NCBI GenBank assembly: GCA_951406725.2
Contig: OX597830.1
Span: 31,310,001-31,374,000, forward strand
Reading direction: 5' to 3'
Origin: Octopus vulgaris
Lineage: Eukaryota
DNA: 64,000 nt
This document shows positions 29,465-41,400 of the stretch, one piece after another. Made by a program: the position numbers and the translations under genes. Below the pieces are notes generated by a model. That model worked only from the letters and a program-made list of their open reading frames with translations, was not told where the DNA came from and ran no database searches. Position 1 is the first letter of the stretch, and each line of letters starts with the position of its first letter.

Positions 29465-29480
29465 TATATATATATATATA

Positions 29481-29867
29481 TTCTTTTATTCTTTGTTTCA
29501 TTAATTTGACTGCGGCCATGCTAGAACGCCGCCTTCAATCGAACACATCGGCTTCAGGATCCACTGTCAAGCGATGGTGGGGAGATAGACGCTCAAAGAC
29601 ACATACATGCATATATATATATGACGGGCTTCTTTCTGTTTCCGTCTTTCAGAGTCCACAAAGCAGATCAAAGCACCGGGTCCTATAGTACCTATTTATT
29701 GATCGTAAGCTACAGTATACCTAGATCAAACTAACCTCCTTAATATATACTTAGGTCGGCCCGAGGCTATAGTAGAAGACATTTGCCCAAGCTGCCACGC
29801 AGTGGGACCGAACCCGGAACCATGTGGTTGGTAAGCAAGCTACTTACCAGACAGCCACTCCTGCGCC
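29481..29867 (-). mobile_element. SINE family D interrupted by the 107-bp insertion
   Basis: Family D head at 29754-29867 and body at 29481-29646. Confidence 0.88.
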
Positions 29868-30184
29868 TTAATAAGTAATAAAGGTGGCTTGTCCGCAATT
29901 TTACAACGGAAAGGTAGAAATATATGTTTGAGGATACTAGTTAGTACTAACTAGTATTTCTAGCAATGCTAATGCTGAGTAGTGCCCCTCTATTACTTTA
30001 CTGACGTATATATACATATATATATAAAGTTATTGCTCCGGAAAATTTGGACATGGTGGGTTCCAAGTTTAACATTAATTTTTTTTTTCGTGGATGTGTT
30101 CTAGAAATAAAAACCTTCATATGCGCTGTGATCTGTTTTATTTTCCTAATTAAGTTGTTATTTTTTCTTCACATTACAGAGATA

Positions 30185-30240
<56 letters not shown>

Positions 30241-30333
30241 CAGAAGGAAAATGGATTTATTTGCATACAAAGGTATTGTATGTAAGTATATTTATGTGTG
30301 TATGTGTGTGTGTGTATGTATGTATGTATGTAA

Positions 30334-30368
<35 letters not shown>

Positions 30369-30578
30369 CTATGTATGTGTGTGTGTGTAAAGTATATATG
30401 TAAATATCTCTCTCTCTCTCTCTATATATATATGTATATATACACACACAGGCACATACAATATTAACATACATTTATTCATACGCACTTGTATTAAATG
30501 TATATGTGTATAAGTGCATGCATGTGCATGAGCATGCTTGTATGTGTATGTGCGTGTGTTTACCTGTCTGTGTGTAAG

Positions 30579-30628
<50 letters not shown>

Positions 30629-30835
30629 TAGCTAAACCATAGAAGCGTGTGCTTTTAATAATTATACAGTTTGGCCTCTGTGAATGTCAAAACTGATTAA
30701 GACCACAAGATTCAAGATTTTCTCACATCATAAGGAAAAAAAATGTGTATCTACTGAGAAGAACACGTGCTCGTAAGGTTTACCTTACATTTCTAATTAT
30801 CATAAAACCGAAGCATTGTACATCAGTTAATATAC

Positions 30836-31200
30836 ACGTGGCCGCGTGGTAAGAAGCTTGAGTTGCAACCACATGGTTCCAGGTTCAATCTGATTGCCTT
30901 CGGCAAGTGTCTTCTGCTATAGACTTGGGCCGACCAAAGCCTTGTGAGTAGATTTAGTAGACGTAAACTGAAAGAAATCCGTCGTATATGTGTGAGTGTC
31001 TTTGTCCCCACCACCGCTTACAACCGATGTTGGTTTGTTTGCGTCCTCGTAACTTAGCGGTTCGGCCAAAGAGAACCGATTGATTAAGTACCAGGCTTGA
31101 AAACTAAAGTCCTGGAGTCGAATCATTTGACAAAAGATTCTTCGGGGCGGTGCACCAGCATGGCCGCAGTCTAATAACCGAAACAAGTAAAAGATAAAAG

Positions 31201-31201
<1 letters not shown>
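30836..31201 (+). mobile_element. SINE family D
   Basis: GTGGCCGCGTGGTAAGAAGCTT...GGTTCAATC...GGCAAGTGTCTTCT...AAGTAAAAGATAAAAGAT tail. Confidence 0.85.
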
Positions 31202-31257
<56 letters not shown>

Positions 31258-31263
31258 AGTATA

Positions 31264-31300
<37 letters not shown>

Positions 31301-31460
31301 AGTATGCCATATATATATATATATGTATATATATACGAGTATACCATATATATATATATATATATATAGTAGTGGCGGTTTATTTCTTTATATTAAAAAT
31401 TTTTATGTATTGATTAAGTCTTTCCTTGTTTGTTTTGCAAAATAGTGGTTTTGTCTCGAA

Positions 31461-31509
<49 letters not shown>

Positions 31510-32013
31510 AGTATACCATAACTTCGTTTCGAGACGTGGCATTTTCAACTTTAGCCCCTTTGCATATTTGAAGATACTAATGGGGTGAGTAACCACCAAT
31601 TTAAGTCACTTTATCCGATTTTACGTCGGTATCAGCGAATATATCTCAGAGCTAATTTTTTTTTTTTTTTTTTTGTTTTTGAAAACACGTCCACCAAAGA
31701 AACTAACACAAGTAGAAAAATCACATGAAATATACGCGAAAATATGCAAATATGTACAAATTATTTATGCAAAGAGATGTAAGTTAATGAATATACTGAA
31801 GTGCTTTTCTTCTTTTTTTGGGGTGGGGTGGGTGGTGGTGTTACGTTGTTGCATGACTTGCAGCCAATTACCGACGTAAGATGAGGTATGCCAATATACA
31901 TGCATACGTACATGCATACGTACGTACATACATACATACATACGTACATACATACATATGTACGCACGTATGCATGTATGTACTTACGTATATATACATA
32001 CATACGTAGGCAA

Positions 32014-32047
<34 letters not shown>

Positions 32048-32479
32048 TCGTACATACGTACGAACGTATATCTACATAGATACGCACGTACGTATATATA
32101 CATACATACGTACGTACATATATATATATACATACATACGTATGTGTGTATGTATGTATGTATGCATGAACGCATATATGTATGTATGTATTCATGCATG
32201 CATGTATGTATGTATGTATGTATGTATGTATGAACGCATGTATGTATGTATGTATGTATGTATGTATGTATGTATGTATGTATGTATGTATGTATGTATG
32301 TATGTATGTATGAATTCATGCATGTCTGTATACGTTAATTAAAGGCGAAAAATTCTTTACAACTTGCTTGTTTTTCGGCTTTAATAAAAGCACACTACTC
32401 TACTTTCGGTAATCGAGTAAATTTTATTTTTTCCACCCTGTTTTGCATCCGTGTGTGTGTGTGTGTGTGTGCATGTGCG

Positions 32480-32580
<101 letters not shown>

Positions 32581-33506
32581 GTAGATGTGTATGTACATAT
32601 ATATATATATATATATAAGGATAAGATCGTTATTTAAAATACCGATCTTATCAGGTGGCTAGCATGGGAATAAAAACTTCATAAGTAATAATTATTATTA
32701 AAATTATAATTAAGGGTATGTAAGAGATACCGCCATACTAGATAGAGCAGCCAAAACTTAACTCTAAAACCACATTAAATGTTCATACCGCACCAGGTGA
32801 GAAGACAAAGAGACAAAATAAACTAGCAAAAAAAAAAACTAGCATGTATGTATGTATGTATGTATATGCTTGTGGGTGCTCCAGTAATATGTTTTACGTA
32901 ACGTGAATTCGTGTGTACGTGTGTACGTTATCAGTGAGCAACTACACGACAAACGATACCTATAAGTACATTGTGAATCAGCCTGGGTAGCTCCCTGCCT
33001 GCATATGTCTATGCGTGTGCGTTATGAAAAGGTGCGCTATTATGTAAACAGGCTATATGTATTTATATATACATGTATATATATATATGTATATATATAT
33101 GTCACGTCGTCATATGTGTCTGAGTGTGAGTGTGTACTTGTGTGTATGTGTGTGCGTGTGTGGGTGTGTGAGTGTGTGTGAACGGGCTACGTTTCGTAAG
33201 AATTGTGTCTGTGTGTCTGTGTCAACGAACTGTCTTGACTGCGATTGCCGGTACGTCAGCGAGTGTGGGTGAGTGTACAAGTTTGTGTTTGTATGCGCGT
33301 GCATACGTCTATGTATATATGTAAATGTGCGTGTGCGTGTGTACATGCCTTCTTCGATTTTTGCTGTGGGCTGCTTCGGTTATCTGTCTATATTTACAAA
33401 CACACACACCCAAACACATAAACACGCACACACACATTTACATATATACATCGACGTACATATATATATATTATTTATGTATATGTGCGAGTGTGTGTAA
33501 TTGTGC

Positions 33507-33567
<61 letters not shown>

Positions 33568-33663
33568 TAGATAGATAGATAGATGGATGGATAGAACTGT
33601 TTAACCCCCCTTATCCCAGTGAGCTCTTAAGACAAACCAGCACATAATATACATACATACGTG

Positions 33664-33708
<45 letters not shown>

Positions 33709-33801
33709 ATGTGTGTGTGTGTGCATACGTATGTATATTCATATATATAGATGTATATACATGTGTGTGTGTGTGTGTGAGTGTGTGTATGTATATATGA
33801 G

Positions 33802-33840
<39 letters not shown>

Positions 33841-34079
33841 ATGTGTGTATGTATGTATGTATATACACATACGTGCATACACACATACATATGAGTGAAT
33901 GTCTGCATATATAACAAAAAATAAATATGCACACGTGCATAGAATATTTATTATTATATATACATTTTTTAATCAAACATGTATGTGTGCCTGTGTGTGA
34001 GTTTTAAAAAAGAATATAAAACATAACTGCGGCTGCCAAAATTGTTTATACTGATAAAGCACAAAATATAAAACAGACG

Positions 34080-34122
34080 TTCTCACGGCGTTTCGGAGAA
34101 AGTCCTTCGTCGGAAAGAGAAA
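34080..34122 (-). ncRNA. Degenerate hammerhead-like motif
   Basis: Minus strand UUCUCUUU CCGACGA A GGA-CUUUC-UCC GAAAC GCC GUGAGAA; two substitutions from the CUGACGA...GAAACGUC pattern. Confidence 0.35.
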
Positions 34123-34554
34123 ACAATATCAATTTCTTAGATTTGTGAGTGCAGAAATACTGGAGAAATTACTTACTAGCCATAAAAATATTTAGAAGAC
34201 GGAGGAAATAAAATTTACGGAAAATGAAGATAGATATGATTTGAGGTTGAATAGCGGAATGAAGAGAAGTAAACATTGGTGAGTATAAAACAGTGTATTT
34301 TTTGTTGGTGGTAGTGGCAACAGTTCAGTAATCTGTATATTATTTTTGCTGTGCTCATATATGTATGTAGCTGAAATTCGTCTATTAACTCACACATTTT
34401 TGCACAGACACACCCCCCCACACACACACACAAAAGATAATACAAAAACATTCAGCTGTGAATGCATTGCATCCTGTAGCAGAAACAAATTTAAGCCAAT
34501 GAAGTGCATTGCATAATTCTTTGTTCTCTTGTCATTTTTGAATTTCTTATAAAA

Positions 34555-34936
34555 CTAGCAGTATCGCCCGGCGTTGCTCTGGTTTGTTTCGACCCTTTAG
34601 AATTGGAATTTTTGAAAAGTAAAAATTTTGCATTATGTAGCTTGTTATTCTCTTTAAATCAACATTTTTTCTGATTGAAATACACCGAAAAATGGCGACA
34701 CAGCAGTCAAAAATAGGGATTTTCATAGTAAAAAAGCACCTTTTTGATGTAAATAATTTTTGTTGTTAACATGGTCCGATTTGAATTTTTTCTTCTACGG
34801 AAGGAAGGGCAAGCCGTCGTCTAACATACTCTCAATTTTGGTCAACTTGCGCCGTAGGGTCTCGGAGGAGACAGTGTTAGTTGAAGGCTACCAAACCTGC
34901 CATATACAGACAACTTCAGCTTTATATAGAGAGAGA
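34555..34936 (-). mobile_element. Non-autonomous Helitron
   Basis: Minus strand begins A|TCTCTCTCTATATAAAG and ends with GC-rich hairpin-like CCAGAGCAACGCCGGG, then CGATACTG-CTAG|T (TC...CTAG inserted in AT, no TSD). Confidence 0.8.
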
Positions 34937-34960
34937 TTAGTCACACACACACACACACAC

Positions 34961-35000
<40 letters not shown>

Positions 35001-35302
35001 ATATATATATATTTAGAATAATATTAAACATTTGGAAGTGTGTAGTATTTAAAAAGTAATTAGTAAAGTAGGTAGGTAATAGGGCCGATGTAATCGACAT
35101 CGCTGCTCCAGCTTTGGCGTAGTCCAACGAAAGCTGTAAAAGAATAAAACAACATGCTATTGAATATCAAAACACGTTCCTCGTACTTTGACAACCTGGT
35201 CAATGACATGGACTCATTGTTTTCTAGGTTAGACAGATATTTATTTTTTGTTATATATGCAGACATTCACTCATATGTATGTGTGTATGCATGTATGTAT
35301 AT

Positions 35303-35340
<38 letters not shown>

Positions 35341-35354
35341 ACATATATATATAT

Positions 35355-35502
35355 AGCCGTATTTCGTCTGTCGTTACGTTGTGAGTTCAAATTCCGCCGA
35401 GGTCGACTTTGCCTTTCATCCCTCCGGATGTAATCGACTTAATCCCTTTGTCTGTCCTTGTTTGTCCCCTCTGTGTTTAGCCCCTTGTGGGCAATAAAGA
35501 AA
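35355..35502 (+). mobile_element. SINE family A, 5'-truncated with internal deletion
   Basis: GTATTTCGTCTGTCGTTACG...GAGTTCAAATTCCGCCGAGG...TTTAGCCCCTTGTGGGCAATAAAGAAAT. Confidence 0.85.
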
Positions 35503-35533
35503 TATATATATACATATATACATACACACACAC

Positions 35534-35571
<38 letters not shown>

Positions 35572-35573
<2 letters not shown>

Positions 35574-36011
35574 CATTATTGGTGAATTGAAGAAATGGAG
35601 CTGAACGCAGATTGAACAGAAATCGTTTTATTTCATTCTACACGTGTTTCGAAAGGCACAAATTACCAAAATCCGATGCAATAATAGGACCATATTGTGT
35701 CTTTCTCTTCAGGAAGAAAATAGAAGAGAAAGACACAATATGGTCCCATTATTCCATCGGATTTTGGTAATTTGTGCCTTTCGAAACACGTGTAGAATGA
35801 AATAAAACGATTTCTGTTCAATCTGCGTTCAGCTCCATTTCTTCAATTCACCAATAATGTTCTAATTTCAATTATCCGCACCAACGCACGGTTGCAACAC
35901 CATATGGTTGTACCTCCAACCGTGCTGTTTTACTGCTGTGATTTTTGCTACTAAGGTATCGGTTAAACTTTTGATTAATCTACTACAAGATTATTCATCT
36001 TTCTATTTCAC

Positions 36012-36013
<2 letters not shown>
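35572..36013. mobile_element. PLE-like non-coding element with a 139-bp inverted duplication, flanked by (TA)n
   Basis: Arms 35572-35710 and 35723-35861 are reverse complements with 2 mismatches and a 12-nt spacer. The right arm continues ~150 bp to a (TA)n tract. Confidence 0.85.
35629..35722 (-). ncRNA. Type I hammerhead ribozyme, apparently intact
   Basis: Stem I UAUUUUCUUC/GAAUGAAAUA (9 of 10 pairs), CUGAAGA, stem II GAAAGaCACAA/UUGUGcCUUUC, GAAA, palindromic stem III ACACGUGU, GUA triplet (predicted cut between 35639 and 35638). Confidence 0.8.
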
Positions 36014-36061
<48 letters not shown>

Positions 36062-36192
36062 TATACATACGTAATAACAAACAGCTTGCGAGAGGAAAGA
36101 AGGAGAGAGAGAGAGAGAGTGAAAGAGAAAGAGAGAAGGAGAGAGAGAGAGAGAAAAAGTAGACAAAGTGGCCGATAAGAAATCTACAAATC

Positions 36193-36583
36193 GGGACAGC
36201 CGTAGTTGTGTGGTAAGATGCTTGATTCCCAGTCTCATGGTTCCGAGTTCAGTCTCACTACATGGCACCTTCTACTTTAGCCTCGTACCGACCAAAGGCT
36301 TGTGAGTGGATATGGGAGATGGAAACTGAAAGAACCCTGTGTGTGTGTGTGTATATGTGTGTGTAGCTTGAGTCTATGTTTGACTTTTACCACGCTTGAC
36401 AACGGTGTTGGTATGTCTACACCCCTGTAACATAGCTATTCAGCAGAACATACTGATAGAATAAAAAAAAAAAACAAAAGAAGAAAATAATTACTGGGAC
36501 TGATTCATTTGATTGTAAGCCTTGAAAGTGGTGCTCCAGACTGGCCGCAGTCAAATGACTGAAACATGTAAAAGATAAAAGAT
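36193..36583 (+). mobile_element. SINE family D, diverged
   Basis: GTGTGGTAAGATGCTTG...GAGTTCAGTC...GGCCGCAGTCAAATGACTGAAAC. Confidence 0.8.
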
Positions 36584-36609
36584 AGGAGAAATCTTCTACG
36601 TAAGCTTTT

Positions 36610-36972
36610 GATGTTGGAGCACCACCTTAAAGGGTTTTCTTAGTCGAAGAAATCAAACCCAGGACTTATTCTTTGTAAGCGTAGTACTTATTCTATCGAT
36701 TGCCTTTGCCAAACCGCTACATTGCGGACACATAAACTCACCAACATTGGTTGTCATGCGATGAGATGGTAGTGGTGTCGGGTTACAAAAGCAGACACAA
36801 AGACACACACACATCAATATATACATCGACCGCAGTGTTCAACTGACACTTATTTTATTGGCCTCGAAATGATGAAAGGCAGAGTCGACCTCGCCGGAAT
36901 TTGAACTCAGAATGTGAAGACAGACGGAATATCGCGATGCATTCACTCGGCGTGCTAACGATTCAGCCAGCT
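36610..36972 (-). mobile_element. SINE family D 3' half followed by a family A copy
   Basis: GGAGCACCACCTT...GGTTGTCA (D) and GAAAGGCAGAGTCGACCTCG...GAATTTGAACTCAG (A). Confidence 0.75.
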
Positions 36973-37027
36973 GGGCTCTCTCTAATATTTCAGAGTACGC
37001 TTCTTTTTAGGATATGTAAACTTCTGA

Positions 37028-37430
<403 letters not shown>

Positions 37431-37834
37431 GACTACATTGGAGCACAAAATACAGATTATAGAATAAAGAGAAACAATTATGTTATATAATTATGGAAGT
37501 TCACTCCCATTTGCGAATTACTCTGTTTTATCAATACGAAGCTTATTTTACTCCCTCCACCACTCACTACTCTGTGTGTGCACGTGCACGTAGGCAGAAT
37601 GGGCACACCTGCGATGATTTTGATCTTATGTCAGTAGGTCTGCTCGATCAGGGACGAGCAGGGTCCCAATATCAGCGACAACAAGAATAATTTCTGGGAC
37701 AAACAAAATCTCTGAGGTCTTGGAATAACTTCAAGTGTCAGTGGTTGGTCGCAATGATGACGAAAATAGCATTATCTTTTATTATCTTTAACGTTTATTA
37801 TCTTTAATGAAGGAGGTCGACGGTCGGTCGGTAG

Positions 37835-37980
37835 CACTAGCCTAGCTAGTGGAGGGGGGAGGGGATCGGTAGGTGCAGCACTTTTGGGTCTGCTGTAGGC
37901 AATATGCGTTTTTTTTGTGGGGTCCGGGGACGGTAAACGGAAGGGCCGTCCCGGGCGCACACACTCTAGCTATGCTAGCG
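37835..37980. mobile_element. GC-rich hAT-type MITE with 8-bp TSD
   Basis: GTCGGTAG at 37827-37834 and 37981-37988; 15-bp TIRs CACTAGCCTAGCTAG / CTAGCTATGCTAGCG (2 mismatches). Confidence 0.85.
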
Positions 37981-38261
37981 GTCGGTAGATAGTAACATTG
38001 GAACTCTAGACAAACTTAGGACGTACGTACATATATGCATACATACATACATACCTACATACATACATACATGGTACTATAAAAACCTGCAAGATCTTTT
38101 TAAAATTTAAAGAATGAGGAACAAAACAAGAAGCTTTCTTTCATAACTTTGCTATGGCCGTTCAAAATTGTAGGTGGCCGCTCAAAATTTACTCTAAATT
38201 AAAGAGAAAGAGAAGAACGAACATACATACATACATACATTAGGCGGCGAGCTGGCGGAAA

Positions 38262-38350
38262 CGTTAGCACGCCGGGCGGAATGAGTAGCCGTATTTCGTC
38301 TGCCGTTACGTTTTGAGTTCAAATTCCGCCAAGGTTGACTTTGCTTTTCA
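38262..38350 (+). mobile_element. SINE family A, 5' part only
   Basis: GGCGGCGAGCTGGCGGAAACGTTAGCACG..., ending abruptly at TTTGCTTTTCA. Confidence 0.85.
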
Positions 38351-38649
38351 CACACACACGCATACACCACCTGAGCAAGTACGCATCAACTGCTACACAC
38401 AGCACACACACACGTTAGCCTAAGACATATACACACGTCCATACACATATTCACCCATATACACACATCCATACGCACATACACACCCATTCGTCCCATT
38501 CATACATACACACTCACGCACCCCATTCACACATACAAACTCACGCACACCATTCTCACATACACACAGGCGCTTACGCACCTTAGTTCGTTGGGGTCAT
38601 TGTTACCGTTATTATTATTATTACTATTATTATTATCTCCCTTTCATTC

Positions 38650-39190
38650 AGCCTCTTTTGTTCCAGTCATCTCGGTATGTTGTACTGTTGAACGTTGCAC
38701 ATTTTTCTCTCTCCGTTTTTTTCATTCTCACACCATTTTTTCCCCTCTTAATCCTTTCTATTGAAAAGCGTAGCCTTGAAACGTAAAAGACTTTTCCATT
38801 CTTCCCAAACATTACACTAATGCACCTACTTGTTGCTCCTAAACATGTCTTCGTCTTTTGTTTTCCGTAAATTTGAACTATCTGGTCTAACGACTCTCCA
38901 TGTTTGTTTTCGTTCGGTTTCCTTGTACCTCTCCACTGTCCTGTTTTTGTTCCCAACTTTGACCCTCCATAAATCCTAAATTTTATTTCGGAAATTATGG
39001 GAGCAACTATCTCTGAAGATTCATACTGCCGTTTAATGCTCGAAATGAGGAGTAGATAGACAACCGAAAACTGATGAAGAGTCGTTTCTCTGAGTTTACC
39101 TGTCCTGTTTTCCATTTGTCTCTCGTTGTTTACGTATTTAACTCGATTGTCTAAATGTTGTTGACATAGTTGGTGACGTCCTGTACCCAT
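38650..39190 (+). mobile_element. Family B (decayed hammerhead-like, 38753-38790) fused to family C module
   Basis: B homologous to 40923 and 47075; C (38881-39190) is the reverse-complement homologue of 46502-46820 and 44160-44288. Confidence 0.75.
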
Positions 39191-39211
39191 ATATGCATAT
39201 ATATATATATG

Positions 39212-39342
<131 letters not shown>

Positions 39343-39639
39343 GAACCTCCTATGGCAGTCAAAATATGCTCTGATACGACTTGTTTGAAACAGCAATCAA
39401 GTTCTTTTAATTCACAAATTCCAATCTTGAACAAAATGATAAATACATTCGAAATAACATGATTCTAGATTTACAAATAGATAGGCTCTTCATGGTCGGA
39501 GCACCTTTGAAGGATAGCAGATCTGGAGCTACACAACAAGTAGAATACTTTTGATTGTAGGTTTGCTGAGGGCACACTGACCCAGGGTTAAACAACAACA
39601 ACAACAACAAAACAAAGTATCACCACTATGATAATGGAA

Positions 39640-40140
39640 GTCTGTTGGGGTTCAACAATGACATCAGGCTTGTCGCTTCTGGTCCAGGCTCTTGAGGCGC
39701 TTTTCCTCAAACAGCCTAACACCCTTTTGGACAGCTGGACGCCAGGCGCCATAGTCAGAGGCAAGCGATTCCCAGCCATGGCCTGAAATGCTGCAGGCCT
39801 CAAGGGAAGTGTTCAGGTTGTCCTTGTATCACCTCAGTGGCCTTCCAGGGTTTCTTGCTCCAGAAGCCAGATCAGGGAAGAAGATTATCTTTGGTTGACG
39901 CGCATCGTCCATTCGGACTACATGTCCAACCCACCGGAGCTGGGCCTTCATGATGAGGACTTCGATCTCGGGCATTTCGGCTCTGTGAAGCACCTCAGTG
40001 TTGGAGACTCTGTCCTCCCAGGAAATTCCCATGATTCATCGCAAGCAGGGAGGTGGAACTGGTCAAGTACTCGAATTTGCCTCCTATACAGTGTCCACAT
40101 CCCACAGCAGCCATAGAGCAGAGAGGTGATGACGACTGCT
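39640..40140 (-). mobile_element. Decayed RTE-clade LINE, C-terminal part of ORF2
   Basis: SLLYG..WTLYRRQIRVLDQFHL, then GISWEDRVSNTEVLHRA...AQLRWVGHVVRMDDARQPK...GARNPGRP..YKD, typical of the RTE post-RT region; frameshifted. Confidence 0.9.
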
Positions 40141-40319
40141 GATCTCAAACAACAACTACTGGATATGAGTTTAGCTGAGGCCACTTAAACTAATAGAAAT
40201 AGTAGGAAAATTTCCCTCAAATCATACCCCTCTTTCTTAACACTGGAAGGACACCTGAAATAGTGTTTCTTAGAGAGGAGCCACAGTGACCCCTTGAAGA
40301 CAGGCATATTCAGTCAAAG

Positions 40320-40560
40320 TGGAGGTGCATGGCTTAGTGGTTAGAGTGTTGGACTCATGATTACAAGATTGTGGTTTCAATTCATTGATTGGGTGATGCA
40401 CTTCATTTCATGTTGCTCCAGTCCACTCAGCTGGTAGAAATGAGTAATCTTCTGATGGACTGGAATCCTGTTCACAGAAATATATATACGTCAGAGAAAG
40501 CAGGAAACCAGCCCATATTCGGTCAGAGCTAACTTTGGAACTAAATAACAACAACAAAAA
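40320..40560 (+). mobile_element. SINE family E, CpG-decayed
   Basis: GGAGGTGCATGGCTTAGTGGTTAGAGTGTTGG...GGTTTCAATTC...TTTCATGTTGCTCCAGTCCACTCAGCTG; (CAA)n tail. Confidence 0.75.
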
Positions 40561-40745
40561 CCATAGCAACACAAAAACCACCCACTGTCAAAAGGCTGCA
40601 GCATACTGTGCTCACAAACCTTCAGAAAATATATGAAAATTACTTATAGGGAGAATAATATAATTCACTCATGCCTGAATGATGCTAACTGCACAAACTT
40701 TTCCTGTTTGTAATACAATATTTTGGTCTTCTTCTGGCATTCCAA

Positions 40746-40782
<37 letters not shown>

Positions 40783-40799
40783 GCTTATATATATATATC

Positions 40800-41058
40800 T
40801 CGCTCTCGCGTCTCATGTTTGATCTTTGACTTCTGGCCGAAATCAGATCACCATGTTGATTCGTTAGTTACTGCACGCATATTTTTTTCTCTCCTTCTTT
40901 CTGTGTTTTTTTTCTCTGTGTATCTTTCTGTTGAAGAGCGTAGGCTCGAAACGTTAAAGACTTGTTTTATTTATATTTCCTGAGCGCCATACTAATACAA
41001 TTGTTTGTTTGTTTTTCACCTGCCTTCGTCTTTTGTCTATTTTCGTAAATCTTCCCTA
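40800..41058 (+). mobile_element. Family B element between (TA)n tracts
   Basis: Pyrimidine-rich leader, hammerhead-like motif and a ~100-bp tail shared with 12536, 38750, 47075 and 52410. Confidence 0.75.
40923..40960 (+). ncRNA. Minimal hammerhead-like motif with variant core CUGUUGA
   Basis: UCUUU CUGUUGA A GAGC-GUAG-GCUC GAAAC GUU AAAGA: perfect 5-bp stem I, 4-bp stem II, palindromic ACGU. Confidence 0.65.
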
Positions 41059-41097
41059 TATCTATATGTATATATATACATGTATATAGTTTTAAGT

Positions 41098-41400
41098 GGA
41101 GGCACAATCGCCCAGTGGTCAGGGCAGTGGACTCGCGGTCGTAGGATCGTGGTTTTGATTTCCAGAATAGGCATTGTGAGTGTTTATTTAGTGAAAACAC
41201 CTAAAGCTCCACGAGGCTCCAGCGGGGGTTGGGGGGACCCCTGCTGTACTCTTTCACCACAACTTTCTCTCACTCTTTCTTCTGTTGGCTTGCTCGCTTA
41301 GCCAGCGGGGTGGTATCATTTGAAGGCTAAAACAATGTGAAGTGCATTGTGACCAGCGATGTGTAGCAACATCTGATAGCCTGGTCGGTCACGGTGATAT
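41098..41400 (+). mobile_element. tRNA-derived SINE (family E-related)
   Basis: GGAGGCACAATCGCCCAGTGGTCAGGGCAG...GGTTTTGATTTCC head with a distinct body. Confidence 0.65.

Noticed and set aside
39038-39085. Type II hammerhead in module C (GCTC-GAAA...GTA...CTGATGA-AGAGT)
   Set aside because: Stem II could pair, but stems I and III do not form in this copy or the 46.6-kb copy.
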